64,000 nucleotides of DNA, taken from assembly GCA_963739455.1 (NCBI GenBank), contig CAVUAK010000001.1, forward strand, positions 1,024,001 through 1,088,000. Reading direction: 5' to 3'. The notes beneath the pieces are model-generated. The model saw only the letters and a program-made list of their open reading frames with translations, was not told the origin of the DNA and did not search any database. Shown here piece by piece: positions 53,812 through 64,000 of the stretch. Numbering within the stretch: position 1 is the first letter of the stretch; every line of letters begins with the position of its first letter. The stretch is from an uncultured Gemmatimonadales bacterium (lineage in GTDB: Bacteria > Gemmatimonadota > Gemmatimonadetes > Gemmatimonadales > GWC2-71-9). The translations under genes were made by a program, and so were the position numbers.

Positions 53812-54663
53812 CTAGCCCACGATCCTCCATGGGTGGGTATACACCGAGTGTGACTCCTTCCGAGTAAACCCGCAGAGCGTAAGCTTCGCCTGGTGCGCCA
53901 TCCGCACCGCGAGGGCCGTGGCGCCCGACACGGTCACAAGCACACTGGCGCCGAGCATCGCCGTCTTGTGCACCATCTCGAAACTCGCGCGACTCGTCAC
54001 TACCACGAACCCGTCCTGCGGGTCGATGCCTCGCGTCAGCACGGCGCCGATGAGCTTGTCCAGTGCGTTGTGCCGGCCCACGTCCTCACGCACCAGCGAC
54101 ACGTCGCCGTCATAGTTGGCCCACCCGGCTGCGTGCACTGCCCCGGCGGAACGATTCAGTTCCTGCTGGGCCACCAGCCCGTCGAGCGCCCGGTGAATGA
54201 CGGTGCCCGATACCGTCCTCCCCTCAGGCACCTCGGATACCGGGCGCAACACCGCATCCACGCTGTCGCTGCCGCACACGCCGCAGCCGGTTCGACCGGA
54301 GAGCCGGCGGGTGCGGCCGTTGATGACCTCCATGCACTCCGGGGCCACCGTGGCCTGCATCTCCATGCCGCGCTCGTGCGGTACGCATGCGATGGCCAGC
54401 ATGTCGGCCGGCGACCTGATGAGTCCCTCAGTGAGGCTGAAGCCGAGGGTGAAGTCGATCAGGTTGGATGGCGTGGCCATCATGACGACATGCGGAATGT
54501 CGTTGTACACGATGGTGACCGGCGCTTCCTCGGCCACCAGGTCTTCGCGCTCGGTGCGGACGCCACGATCCCATCGCACAACGTGATGCGGTATCAACGG
54601 TTCGGCGGTGCCAAGGCGAAGCAGGGCGTCGGGCTGGGTAAGCCAGTCGGTGTTTGTCGTCAT
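53812..54663 (-). CDS. fdhD: Formate dehydrogenase accessory sulfurtransferase FdhD
   Basis: VAEEAP, MMATP, TGCGVCG, GAVHAA, REDVGRHNALDKLIG, TSRASFEMV. Confidence 0.95.
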   Translation of the reverse strand: MTTNTDWLTQPDALLRLGTAEPLIPHHVVRWDRGVRTEREDLVAEEAPVTIVYNDIPHVVMMATPSNLIDFTLGFSLTEGLIRSPADMLAIACVPHERGMEMQATVAPECMEVINGRTRRLSGRTGCGVCGSDSVDAVLRPVSEVPEGRTVSGTVIHRALDGLVAQQELNRSAGAVHAAGWANYDGDVSLVREDVGRHNALDKLIGAVLTRGIDPQDGFVVVTSRASFEMVHKTAMLGASVLVTVSGATALAVRMAHQAKLTLCGFTRKESHSVYTHPWRIVG

Positions 54664-54713
54664 GTCGGCCTCCTCATTCAATACTAATCCGGACCGGCAT
54701 CGGGTCCTGAAAC

Positions 54714-54749
54714 TGAAGCGGGCGGCCCCGATTGGGGCCGCCCGCTTCA
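54714..54749. terminator. Perfect inverted repeat, probable terminator of the Ig-lipoprotein gene
   Basis: TGAAGCGGGCGGCCCC-GATT-GGGGCCGCCCGCTTCA. Confidence 0.75.
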
Positions 54750-54767
54750 TTGGAAGACTACGCCCCA

Positions 54768-56636
54768 TCAGGGAGGGGTCGGGAGAGAATCAACCACCGT
54801 CAGGGTGAACACCTTCTGCGCAATCGAACCCGCAAAGACTGACGCGGTGATGGTATAGGTCCCGATCGCCGCAGTCTCAGGCGAGCCGCTGATCGTACCG
54901 GCAGCAGCCATTGCAAACTTCGCCGGGAGAGCGCCAGCCGCTACGCTCCAGTTCTGGGTGCCTGCGCCGCCAAGTGCCGCGAGGCCGGCGCTGTAAGCCG
55001 TGCCCACCGTCGCGTTCGGAAGCGACGTGGACGTGATGCTGATCGGCGGGGCCAGGAACAACTGGTAGAACTCGCCGGCCGCGGGCGCGCCTACGATGAC
55101 CTCATACAACCCGGTCGATGGGGCAACGAACCCGTTCACGCCCGCGATATTGCCGATGAAGCTGATGCTGGCATTGGACGCGGTTCCGAAGTCCGGGTTG
55201 CCGTAGTTGCTGGTACCGCCCCCGGACACGACACCCGTCGCCAAGACCGGGCCCGCTGCCGTGCTGGCGTTGCGGATGCTCAAGTTCAGCGCGCTCCCGT
55301 CAGCCGATACGGCGGCCTGGTTTACGATCGTCGGATTCAGGGTGTCGCCGGCTTCCAGTTGGACCAGGTACCGATCCTGATAGGCGCCGAACCCACCCAC
55401 GCTGCAATTGTTCGGGGCATCGAGGTAGCCGTAGGAGATGACGCCCGGCGAGGTAAACCATGTGACATCGCCCGCCTGACCGCAGCCAACAGGGAACATG
55501 GTGGGGTAGGTCAACGCTGAGCCGAAGAAGTCGCCGTTGACGTCAAGGTCGCCAGAGCGAGTCAACGTGAAGAAGCCGTCCGCCAGGCTGGGCGAAAGCG
55601 CGCGCGCATCGTAGTTCCCGGGGGGCAGGATGTAGTTGACCTGGTACGGGTTCGACGAGGTGCTGTAAAGATACGTCGGCACGGTCAGCTGGACCGGATT
55701 GCCGTTCGAGAGCAGCTGCACCGCCTGTCCCGCGGCACCCTGAAGCGAAAGGCTGAACCCGCTGATCACTGGAATGTTTCCGACCGGCGGCGCAGTCAAC
55801 GTGTACTGCTGGATGCGCTGCGTCGTGGTGCGGCAATCGCTGGAGCGCCACTGGCCCTGCGCATTGGAGCTCGGCCCAAGCTGGGTGCTGGAGCAACCTG
55901 CCTGCACCGTGAGAATGGTGGACGTCGGCACGCCATCTACTTCGTAGTCAGCCCGGATGCGCTGTGGACCGATCAGGTTGCTGAGCGTCCAGGGGCCGGG
56001 GGAAGCATTGCCCAGCTCGTCCGTCTGCACCGTGACCGGGCTCGCTGCGAGCGTGCCCTCGAGGGCAGTGAACGTGACATCGGTGCCGGCAGCAATGCGG
56101 TTGTTGAAGCTGTCAACCGCCACGAAGATCGGCTCCTGTGGCGTCGCAACGCCCGCGACGAATGTGCGGCCTTCCATGCCGGCCGGGGGGTTCACTGTCC
56201 CGAGGGCAACCGCCTCAGCCGTGACATTGACGCTCGTGTTGATCGCCGCCGCGCTGATCACCAGGCGCTGGGGCCCCGCAACATGTCCGAGCCTCCACTT
56301 GCCCGAGGTCGCGATACCATTGGCGTCCGACGTGTCAACCGCGTTGGCGACGATGCCGCCGTTCGCCGTCGAGAAATTCACTCGCTCGTTGGGCGCGACG
56401 CTGCCGTCGGGGTTCTTCAGCTGCACGACCACTGAATCGGTCAGGAGCTCGCCCACCGGTCCAGACACCGGCTGCTCGATGACCTCGATGGTGACCGCCG
56501 GAACACTGGCCGGAGGCCCGACAGGAGTAGGGTTGGTGTTATCATCGCACGCACCCAGAAAACTGCCGAGCGCGGCGGCGGAAAGCCAACACAACTTGTC
56601 TGACGATTCGATGAAGCATGCTCGGTTCTCCCTCAT
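54768..56636 (-). CDS. Large surface lipoprotein with Ig-like domains
   Basis: LGAC lipobox; Big_1-like VNFSTANGG..SDANGIAT..WRLG repeats; C-terminal ITSTSLPNATVGTAYS..WSVAAGALP (He_PIG-like). Confidence 0.75.
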   Translation of the reverse strand: MRENRACFIESSDKLCWLSAAALGSFLGACDDNTNPTPVGPPASVPAVTIEVIEQPVSGPVGELLTDSVVVQLKNPDGSVAPNERVNFSTANGGIVANAVDTSDANGIATSGKWRLGHVAGPQRLVISAAAINTSVNVTAEAVALGTVNPPAGMEGRTFVAGVATPQEPIFVAVDSFNNRIAAGTDVTFTALEGTLAASPVTVQTDELGNASPGPWTLSNLIGPQRIRADYEVDGVPTSTILTVQAGCSSTQLGPSSNAQGQWRSSDCRTTTQRIQQYTLTAPPVGNIPVISGFSLSLQGAAGQAVQLLSNGNPVQLTVPTYLYSTSSNPYQVNYILPPGNYDARALSPSLADGFFTLTRSGDLDVNGDFFGSALTYPTMFPVGCGQAGDVTWFTSPGVISYGYLDAPNNCSVGGFGAYQDRYLVQLEAGDTLNPTIVNQAAVSADGSALNLSIRNASTAAGPVLATGVVSGGGTSNYGNPDFGTASNASISFIGNIAGVNGFVAPSTGLYEVIVGAPAAGEFYQLFLAPPISITSTSLPNATVGTAYSAGLAALGGAGTQNWSVAAGALPAKFAMAAAGTISGSPETAAIGTYTITASVFAGSIAQKVFTLTVVDSLPTPP

Positions 56637-56849
56637 TGGGTAAAGACGATCCCGCGAGTCAGGCAGCCCGCCGATCCGTGGGTCGATTTGGAGGCCGGGC
56701 GGGGACGCAGCGTGCGACAATCCCGTCGGCATCACGCGAAAGTTGCTCTGTGACGAACAGAATCTGATGTTGGAACGGGTTGGATATCGACAAGTTACCG
56801 CGCGGGTACAGGCACCGCAAGACGGGGGTCAACGGAGCGAAAGCTTCAA

Positions 56850-58156
56850 TTAGCAACGGCTTGGCTCGGTGATCGCCGCCGACGCGCCTGGCTTTCGTCG
56901 ACCAGCGACGCCGATATCGTTCCAAGAGAGCAACCCCGTCAGGGCTCTGACCGGGGTCGGCGTGGCACGCGCAGGTGCTTCGGGCAGCAGGACCGCTCCC
57001 CCGAAGAGACCGCCGTGGTCGGACGGCCAGAGGCCCGATGAAGTCCGCTCGCGCGCCTCGTCGCCAAAGACCGTCATGACAACCGGTCCCACCCGCCGCT
57101 GCTCGTCCGCCTTGATCCACACATAGTCGAGGCGGCGATCCAGCATCGACGGTGCTGCGCAGGTCGGGCGAGTGGCAGCAGGTGGCGCCCGGTTCCGGAC
57201 GGCCGATCCGCGCGACCCACATGTCGGTGAATCCCGCCCTGGTCATCTGGTCGAAGGGAGAGTTGGCCGGGTCGGTCGGCTCCGAGTTGAGGTCTCCGGC
57301 CACGACCACCGGGAGCGTGGTCGCCGAGAGGTCGGCCAGCAACTCAGCCACCTGGGCCTCCTGGATCTCCTTGACCGGTGTGCGCGGCTCCGGATGCGTG
57401 CTTACCACGCGGAAGGTCTGGCCGAAGACCGTCAGGTCGGCGCCCACGTAGCCCCGCTTGATCGCCACCGGAATCGGACCCAGGTTGACGGGCAGGTAGG
57501 CCTGGTAGTTCTTCGCCGTGACATTGCGCGCCGCGACACCCCGGCGCGCCAGCATCACGTCGTAGTCCACCAGTGATACGAAGGCCGCGGGCAGGCCATC
57601 GGGCCCGGCGATGATCTCTCCGGTGGCGGGATTGATCGACAGCGGAATGATGACGTCCGTGTTCTTCACCTGGCCCACCAGGCGATAGTCGAGCCGGCGC
57701 GCGGCCAGGGCGCTCAGGAAAATCGGCAGGAAGTCGGTGGTGTTGTCGGTCACGCCATAGTCGCCGAGGCCGCGCCGGGCCACAGTGGAAATCTCGTTCA
57801 GGCTGATGACGTCCGGGCCCTGGCGCTTGATCTCGTCGGCCATCCGGTTGGCCCGCGCCGTCCAGTCAGTCGCGTCGAAGGTGTGCAGGGCACCGATCAG
57901 CGCGCCGAAGAGCACCGTCGGGTCGGAGGACGATGCGCCGGCCGCGATGACGGCGTCGACATCGGTCCCGACATACACGTTCTGCTGGTAGATCCGGATC
58001 GGCGCCGCGACGATGCGCCACGACGAGTACCAGTCCCCGGACGAGATGAGGGTCTCGCCGCCGGTTCGGTCGCGCTTCGATCGGGGTGGGGGCTGCAGGG
58101 CTGTCGCAAGCCGACAGCAGCGCGGCCGCGATGAGCACAGCGGATGAAGTCTTCAT
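56850..58156 (-). CDS. Endonuclease/exonuclease/phosphatase-family lipoprotein (frameshifts near 58050 and 57150)
   Basis: LSAC lipobox, QNVYVG, PDVISLNE, STHPE, VAGDLNS, RLDYVW, WPSDHGG across three frames. Confidence 0.82.
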
Positions 58157-58320
58157 GGGAACCTCCGGCTTGAGTGGGACAGGGTGAACGCCCCCAGCTT
58201 CGCCGGTGGTCATCAAGGCAGGGTCAAGTGCTCACGGTGGCGGAGGTTGCCAGCCCTCGTGTCTCGGCATAGATATTCATGCGGAGTTGATCATTCTCTG
58301 GGGGAGCATCGATGCGCGCG

Positions 58321-59016
58321 ATGACAAGGAGCCTGCTGGCACTGCTCGTCGTGATGGTCTCGAGCGCTACGGGGCGGGTGCTGCAGGCACAGGCGTTCGA
58401 GGGCACGCTCACCTTCCGCGCGCGCGGCGATGATGGCGACAAGACCATCACGGAGTGGGTGAAGGGCACGAGCATCCGGTACGACTATGCCGGTGCTCCG
58501 GGCAGGGATGGAACCATGATCGTCGACGGCACTGCCAGGACCCGCACCGTCATCATGCCGGCCCGGAAGATGTACATGACGGTGCCGTACGATCCGGCCG
58601 CGAGGAAGCCGCTGCCGACCGGGGACAAGCCGCAGGTCACCTGGACACGCACCGGCAAGACCGAGACGGTCGCCGGCGTGCGGTGCGAGGTGATTCATGG
58701 CAGTGGCGTTGAGGATGGCAAGCCGAAGGAGGCCAACCTCTGCGTGGCGAAGGGCATCGGGTTCGGGGGTTCCACTGGCGCCGGGCCCTTCGGCGAGGCA
58801 CTGGCCGAGTTTGCCAACCTCGATCTCAAGCCGGGCGAGGGGATCGTGAAGGTGACGAGTATCGAGGCGGGGAAGCCCGAGGTCGAGCTGGAGTTGACCA
58901 AGGTGGACCGGCGGAGCCTGGCCGCAGTCGATTTCGAGCCGCCCGCCGGGTACACCAGGTTCGAGCGGCCCGCGCCGGCGGGTGGACCGCCTCCCGTGGT
59001 GCAGAAGAAGCAGTAG
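58321..59016 (+). CDS. DUF4412-like secreted protein
   Basis: Signal then AFEGTL, TGKTETVAGVRCEV, DFEPPAGY. Confidence 0.75.
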   Translation: MTRSLLALLVVMVSSATGRVLQAQAFEGTLTFRARGDDGDKTITEWVKGTSIRYDYAGAPGRDGTMIVDGTARTRTVIMPARKMYMTVPYDPAARKPLPTGDKPQVTWTRTGKTETVAGVRCEVIHGSGVEDGKPKEANLCVAKGIGFGGSTGAGPFGEALAEFANLDLKPGEGIVKVTSIEAGKPEVELELTKVDRRSLAAVDFEPPAGYTRFERPAPAGGPPPVVQKKQ

Positions 59017-59085
59017 CGCGCTTGTTGCCGGGGAGGAGAATGCACTACCTTCTCCGGCGCTCCAGCAGGGCCAGCAACAAGTCCA

Positions 59086-59156
<71 letters not shown>

Positions 59157-59379
59157 CTCTCTCCTACCGTCCGCTAAATAGCCACCACGTCACAACTTGC
59201 ACCGCGTCACTGCCCAAACGGGCGGGACGGGGTTACTATTATGGTCGGGAGCCGTTGCGCAGAACTACACTTCTGACGCAGCGGCTCCCGGTCGTTTATG
59301 GGGTCGCCACCCAACCTCGAGTACACGCGAGTTCAACTCGGTGTCTTGCATGGGTGAGTTCACTTCACGCAAGGCAGCC

Positions 59380-60975
59380 ATGCGTCCGCTCCGCGTCGGC
59401 ATTCTCGATCTCGTTGCTCGTGCCCCGACTACCGCCGTCTATTCCCGTGTCATGAACCCGAACCTTGCCGGCATCATGCCGCAGATCATCGCGGTCTGGT
59501 GTGAACAGGCGGGGCATGACGTGCACCTGGTGTGCTACACCGGGTTCGAGGACCTTCAGGCGGAACTGCCGCTCGACGTCGATGTGCTCTTCGTCAGCGC
59601 GTTCTCCCAGTCGGCACAGCTTGCCTACGCGATCAGCAACATGTTCCAGCAGCGCGGTGCGGTTACGGTGCTCGGCGGGCCGCATGCCCGCTGCTATCCC
59701 GAGGATGCCGGGCGCTTCTTCGACTACGTCCTGGGCTTCACCGACCGGAACACCGTCCTCGAGATCCTGGCCGACCGGGAGCAGCATCGTCCCGTGGGTC
59801 GCCAGCTCGCGTCGGCCCAGCAGCCGAAGGACCTGCCGACCCTGGCCGAGCGCTGGAAGTACGTCGAGCGCACGCTGGCCAAGGCGCCGGTCATCCAGAT
59901 GGTGCCGATGCTCGCCAGCCTCGGCTGCCCCTACACCTGCAGCTTCTGCATCGATTCGACGGTCGAGTACCAGCCGCTCGGCTTTGATCGCCTGTCGGAA
60001 GACATCCAGTTCCTGCTGACCAAGCACAAGAGTCCCATCGTCGGGTGGCACGACCCGAACTTCGGGATCCGCTTCGACGAGTGCATGGAGACGCTCGAGC
60101 GCGCCGACCCGACCACGCGCATTCGGCACATCGCCGAGAGCAGCCTCTCGGTGCTGAACGAGGCGCACCTCAAGCGGCTCAAGAAGAACGGCTTCAAGGC
60201 GATCCTGCCGGGCGTCGAGTCGTGGTACGACCTCGGCAACAAGTCGAAGACGCGAAATACCGGCATGGAGAAGGTGACGCAGGTGTCGGATCACGTGAAC
60301 ATGATCCTGCGCTACATCCCCTACATCCAGACGAACTTCGTGCTCGGCCTCGATGGCGACATGGGCCCCGAGCCGTTCGAGCTGACCAAGAAGTTCCTCG
60401 ACCTGGCCCCGGGCTCGTTCCCCGGCTATTCGCTGCTCTCGGCGTTCGGCAAGGCGGCGCCGCTCAACCTCGAGTACCAGCGCGACGGCCGGGTGCTGGG
60501 CTTCCCGCATCACTTCCTGAACAACAACCACGCGATGAACGTGAAGCCGAAGAACTACGCGTGGCCGGAGTTCTACGATCGCCTCATCGACCTGACGAAG
60601 TACTCGTTCTCGGGCCGGATGATCGCGAAGCGCTTCATGGGCACCAGCGAGATGCTGCCGAAGGGCATGAACGTGATCCGCGCGATTTCGTCGGAGGGCT
60701 GGGGCCGCATCAAGTACCACACGACGATCCGCGGCCTGCTCGACACCGACAAGTCGGTGCGCGACTACTTCGAGGGCGAGACCACGGTGCTGCCGCAGTT
60801 CTATCGCGACCGCATCCGTCGCGAACTCGGGCCGTTCTGGGACTGGCTGCCGGAAGGCGCGCTGGAGCACGATCCCAACGCGTACCTGAAGGCGTCGGCA
60901 GGGCTGGTGCCGATCGCGCCGCGTCCAGGTCGTGGCACGGTGGCCAATCGCGCTGGTGTCGCTACGGTCGCCTAG
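59380..60975 (+). CDS. B12-binding-domain radical SAM protein
   Basis: TVLGGPHA B12-binding-type segment; SLGCPYTCSFC (CxxxCxxC); GVES; NFVLGLDGD. Confidence 0.85.
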   Translation: MRPLRVGILDLVARAPTTAVYSRVMNPNLAGIMPQIIAVWCEQAGHDVHLVCYTGFEDLQAELPLDVDVLFVSAFSQSAQLAYAISNMFQQRGAVTVLGGPHARCYPEDAGRFFDYVLGFTDRNTVLEILADREQHRPVGRQLASAQQPKDLPTLAERWKYVERTLAKAPVIQMVPMLASLGCPYTCSFCIDSTVEYQPLGFDRLSEDIQFLLTKHKSPIVGWHDPNFGIRFDECMETLERADPTTRIRHIAESSLSVLNEAHLKRLKKNGFKAILPGVESWYDLGNKSKTRNTGMEKVTQVSDHVNMILRYIPYIQTNFVLGLDGDMGPEPFELTKKFLDLAPGSFPGYSLLSAFGKAAPLNLEYQRDGRVLGFPHHFLNNNHAMNVKPKNYAWPEFYDRLIDLTKYSFSGRMIAKRFMGTSEMLPKGMNVIRAISSEGWGRIKYHTTIRGLLDTDKSVRDYFEGETTVLPQFYRDRIRRELGPFWDWLPEGALEHDPNAYLKASAGLVPIAPRPGRGTVANRAGVATVA

Positions 60976-61076
60976 TCGGCTGCCGAGGTCCGGGGCCGGT
61001 TCTGCGCATGCGCGGAGCCGGCCTCTTGTTTTGGGGGAGACCCAACCGTGAGGCTCCAATCCGTATTTCACTCCCT

Positions 61077-61487
61077 GTGTCCGTCGGCGCGGTCCTCCTG
61101 GTCGCGGCGTGTGGATCAAAGCAGGCGCCCCCTGTGACAGTGAGCCCCGCAACCCTGGGTGGCGCCGCGTGGCTGCTCGAGGACCTCACCGGTCGCGGCG
61201 TGATCGACAACTCACACGTCACGCTGCAGTTCCTTGCCGATGGAAAGGTGACCGGGAGCGGCGGCTGCAACCGCTACAGTGGCGCGGCGACGCTCAAGGG
61301 ATCGGTCATCACCTTTACGCCGATGGCATCCACGATGATGGCCTGCGCCCCGGCATTGATGGACCAGGAGATGCGTTACTTCGCGGCCCTCACGAAGGCC
61401 GACACGGTTTCGATCGACAAGACCGGTGCACTCCTCATCGGGGTCAAGGGAGAGGCCAAGCCGCTGCTCTTCCGCAAGGAGACATGA
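61077..61487 (+). CDS. META-domain (HslJ-like) lipoprotein (start uncertain)
   Basis: VAAC lipobox, GKVTGSGGCNRY, ASTMMAC..MDQE. Confidence 0.85.
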   Translation: MSVGAVLLVAACGSKQAPPVTVSPATLGGAAWLLEDLTGRGVIDNSHVTLQFLADGKVTGSGGCNRYSGAATLKGSVITFTPMASTMMACAPALMDQEMRYFAALTKADTVSIDKTGALLIGVKGEAKPLLFRKET

Positions 61488-62411
61488 CCCGGCCGCTCCA
61501 CCCGCTCGCCACCCTCCCCGCGGGGTGGCGCACCCGTTTCGCGCCTGCACCTACCGGCTTCCTCCACCTCGGTCACGTCGTCAACGCGGTCTACGTCTGG
61601 GGACTGGCGCGGGCGTTTGGCGGCCGGGTGGTATTGCGCATCGAGGACCACGATCGGACCCGCTCGCGGCCGGAGTACGAGCGCGGCATTCTCGATGATC
61701 TCGACTGGCTCGGGCTCGCCCCGGATTTCGGCGAGACCGCCGCCTTTCGCGCGGGTCCGCTCCCCCAGCGCCAGAGCGACAACACCGCACGCTATCAGGC
61801 GGCACTCGAGCGGCTCGATCGATGCCGGGCTGGTCTACGCGTGCGACTGCTCGCGGCGCGACATCGCCCAGGAGGTTCCCGACGTGTTCGGCGAGGAGAT
61901 GCGCTACACTGGTCGTTGTCGCGTCCGCGGCGTCGAGGGACCTGCCGTGAAGGCGCGCCGCGTCATCATGTCACCCGGAGCGGAGCGATTCGACGATCTC
62001 CGCCTCGGACCCCAGGCGCAGGAGCCGTCGGACCAGTGTGGCGACTTGCTCGTGCGCGACCGGCTCGGCCAGTGGACCTATCAGTTCGCCGTGGTGGTGG
62101 ATGACATGGAGCAGGGCGTCGAGGTGGTCATCCGGGGTGAGGACCTGCTGCCGTCCACCGGCCGCCAGATCCGTCTTGGCGGCCTGCTGGGCCGCGGCCG
62201 GCCGCCGCTATTCCTGCACCACCCGCTCATCACCAGGCCGGACGGCGCAAAGCTCAGCAAGTCGGCGGCCGATACCGGCATCCGGGAATTTCGCGCGGGC
62301 GGCGCCACCGCCGCATCGGTGCTGGGCCAGGCTGCGGCACGCGCGGGACTGCTCGAGTCCGGCCGCGCCCTCACGGTGGCTGCGCTAGCCTCACTCTTCC
62401 TGGATACCTGA
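61484..62411 (+). CDS. gluQ: Glutamyl-Q tRNA(Asp) synthetase (frameshift near 61815)
   Basis: TRFAPAPTGFLHLGH, LRIEDHD, YACDCSR, YQFAVVVDD, IRGEDLL, KLSKS; no anticodon-binding domain. Confidence 0.85.
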
Positions 62412-62412
62412 A

Positions 62413-63006
62413 ATGCACCCTCGCTTCCTTTCCCCTGCGGCGCTGGTCGCCTTCGCCGTCCTGACGCTGGCGCCTGACCACGCCGCAGGACAGCTGCCGA
62501 AAGTCCGTGTGAGCACCAGCCTGGGTGACATCGTGATTGCCGTTGACACGGTCCACGCGCCGGTGACCTCGGCGAATTTCCTCGGCTACGTGGACGCCGG
62601 GATGTACACGAATGGGCGGTTCCACCGGACGGTGACACCGACCAACCAGCCAAACAACCTGGTGAAGATCGAGGTGATTCAGGGGGGACGCGACAGCGCG
62701 CACGCCGGCGAGCGCGCGCCGATTCCGCTCGAGCGCACCAGCGTCACCAAGCTCAAGCACCTCAACGGAACCGTTTCCATGGCTCGCGGTGGCCCCGATA
62801 CCGCCACCTCGGACTTCTTCATCTGCATCGGCGACCAGCCGGCGCTCGACTTCGGCGGCAAGCGGAACCCCGACGGCCAGGGATTCGCCGCCTTCGGCAC
62901 GGTGACGTCGGGGATGGATGTCGTTCGCCGGATACAGCAATCGCCGGCGCAGGGACAGACCCTGGCGCCGGCGATCGTGATCCTCAGCATGAAGCGCGTG
63001 CGCTAG
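62413..63006 (+). CDS. Secreted cyclophilin-type peptidyl-prolyl isomerase
   Basis: APVTSANFLGYV, VIQGG, HLNGTVSMAR, ATSDFFI, FAAFGTVTSGMDVV. Confidence 0.93.
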   Translation: MHPRFLSPAALVAFAVLTLAPDHAAGQLPKVRVSTSLGDIVIAVDTVHAPVTSANFLGYVDAGMYTNGRFHRTVTPTNQPNNLVKIEVIQGGRDSAHAGERAPIPLERTSVTKLKHLNGTVSMARGGPDTATSDFFICIGDQPALDFGGKRNPDGQGFAAFGTVTSGMDVVRRIQQSPAQGQTLAPAIVILSMKRVR

Positions 63007-63007
63007 C

Positions 63008-64000
63008 CTACGATCCCGTCTTTCCCGTCAGTATTCCATCGCGAATGCGCGTTGCCTTCTCGCTCGCACTCGGGTCGGCGTCCACCTTGAGGTTGCCAAG
63101 CTGCACCTTCGCATCGAGCTGGAGCGTCTCGCTACCGCGCCGAACGGTGATGACGAACGGTGCGTCGGCCTTGCCGGCGTACAGCTGCCGGAACGCCGGG
63201 CCGAAGTCCGTGGTCGGCGTGACGGCCACGTCACCCACTGATACGAGGTAGTCGCCCGGCTTCACGCCGGCGAGCGCGGCAGCCGTACCCTGGCTCACGG
63301 CAACCACCCTGACGCCAGTGCTGTCACCCTCGGACTGGATGCCGACGCGGGGCTCGCGATTGAGTCGCATCCCCGCGAGCGGCAGGATCGAGTCCCACGG
63401 ATAGGGAGCCCTGCCATCGACATACAGGCGATTGAAGTCGGTGAAGGACTTGCCGCCCGCCGCCTTGCTGACCGCCGCCCACCACTCCTCGCTCGTGAAG
63501 CCCCGGTCGTGCTTGTAGGCACTCTGGTAGACGCTGCGCATCACGTCATCGAGTGACTGCCGGTTGTTGCTCGCGTCACGAATCATGATGTCGAGCATCA
63601 GCCCCGCCAGCGAGCCCTTGTCGTAGTAGAGGTACCCGGTGCCGTCGGTAGGATGGATCCAGGTCGAGAGCGATGCATCCTCGAGCGCCACCGGGGCGGC
63701 CGAGTTCACGTTGTTGATCTTGCCCGTCGTGGTCGCGAAGAAGCCGGTGGGCTCGACCAGCTGGGCCCGTACCAGCACGAGATCGGCGTAATAGTCGGTG
63801 ATGCCCTCGCTCACCCAGAGCCAGGGCGTGGGCTGCGACCGGTCGTAGCGGTAGGGATAGAGGTCGGCGGGACGGAGCCGCTTCACGTTCCACGCGTGGA
63901 TGATCTCGTGCGCATAGAGCCCGTCGAGGAACGGGTTCCCCAGTGCGAGCGGCGTGATCACGTCGACGTGCGAGTTCTGGTGCTCCAGGCCGCTGGCGCC
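63008..64000 (-). CDS. M61-family (glycyl aminopeptidase-like) metallopeptidase with PDZ domain (5' part outside window)
   Basis: GLEHQNS, AHEIIHAWNVKRLRP, LWVSEGITDYY, YYDKG, PDZ AALAGVKPGD. Confidence 0.9.
   Translation of the reverse strand, partial: GASGLEHQNSHVDVITPLALGNPFLDGLYAHEIIHAWNVKRLRPADLYPYRYDRSQPTPWLWVSEGITDYYADLVLVRAQLVEPTGFFATTTGKINNVNSAAPVALEDASLSTWIHPTDGTGYLYYDKGSLAGLMLDIMIRDASNNRQSLDDVMRSVYQSAYKHDRGFTSEEWWAAVSKAAGGKSFTDFNRLYVDGRAPYPWDSILPLAGMRLNREPRVGIQSEGDSTGVRVVAVSQGTAAALAGVKPGDYLVSVGDVAVTPTTDFGPAFRQLYAGKADAPFVITVRRGSETLQLDAKVQLGNLKVDADPSASEKATRIRDGILTGKTGS

Noticed and set aside
59365..61152. 595-aa minus-strand ORF and the long 5' extension of ORF 60045..61487
   Set aside because: Shadow or alternate frames of the radical SAM gene, expected in high-GC DNA.

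Overview
High-GC bacterial chromosomal segment. Gene content and style suggest a Gemmatimonadota-like organism (inference, no database search). It is densely coding, with about 55 CDSs. These include a TPP riboswitch + thiC, a NarL-type two-component pair, potABCD, an RND efflux/peptidase/bcp/lepB cluster, an MCP coupled to an orphan LivK-type binding protein, csp, lemA-htpX, an HD-GYP response regulator, mqnD, glnA, an imuA-imuB-dnaE2 mutagenesis cassette, fdhD, tRNA-Cys, a B12-radical SAM enzyme, gluQ, a cyclophilin and an M61 peptidase. About a dozen genes, housekeeping ones included, are split by apparent single-base frameshifts, most likely long-read indel errors. No transposase, integrase, CRISPR array or rRNA was seen. 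Best novelty candidates: (1) an unannotated, highly base-paired ~420-nt putative ncRNA (~35279-35700) with its own sigma70-like promoter and intrinsic terminator, preceded by a cluster of DnaA-box-like motifs and followed by a truncated receiver-Fis protein; (2) 7-8-bp tandem micro-repeats inserted in frame at several places in imuB/dnaE2, plus a ~100-aa insertion in DnaE2; (3) a candidate direct-repeat SOS box upstream of imuA; (4) two palindromic operators between a zinc-ribbon gene and a histone-like gene.
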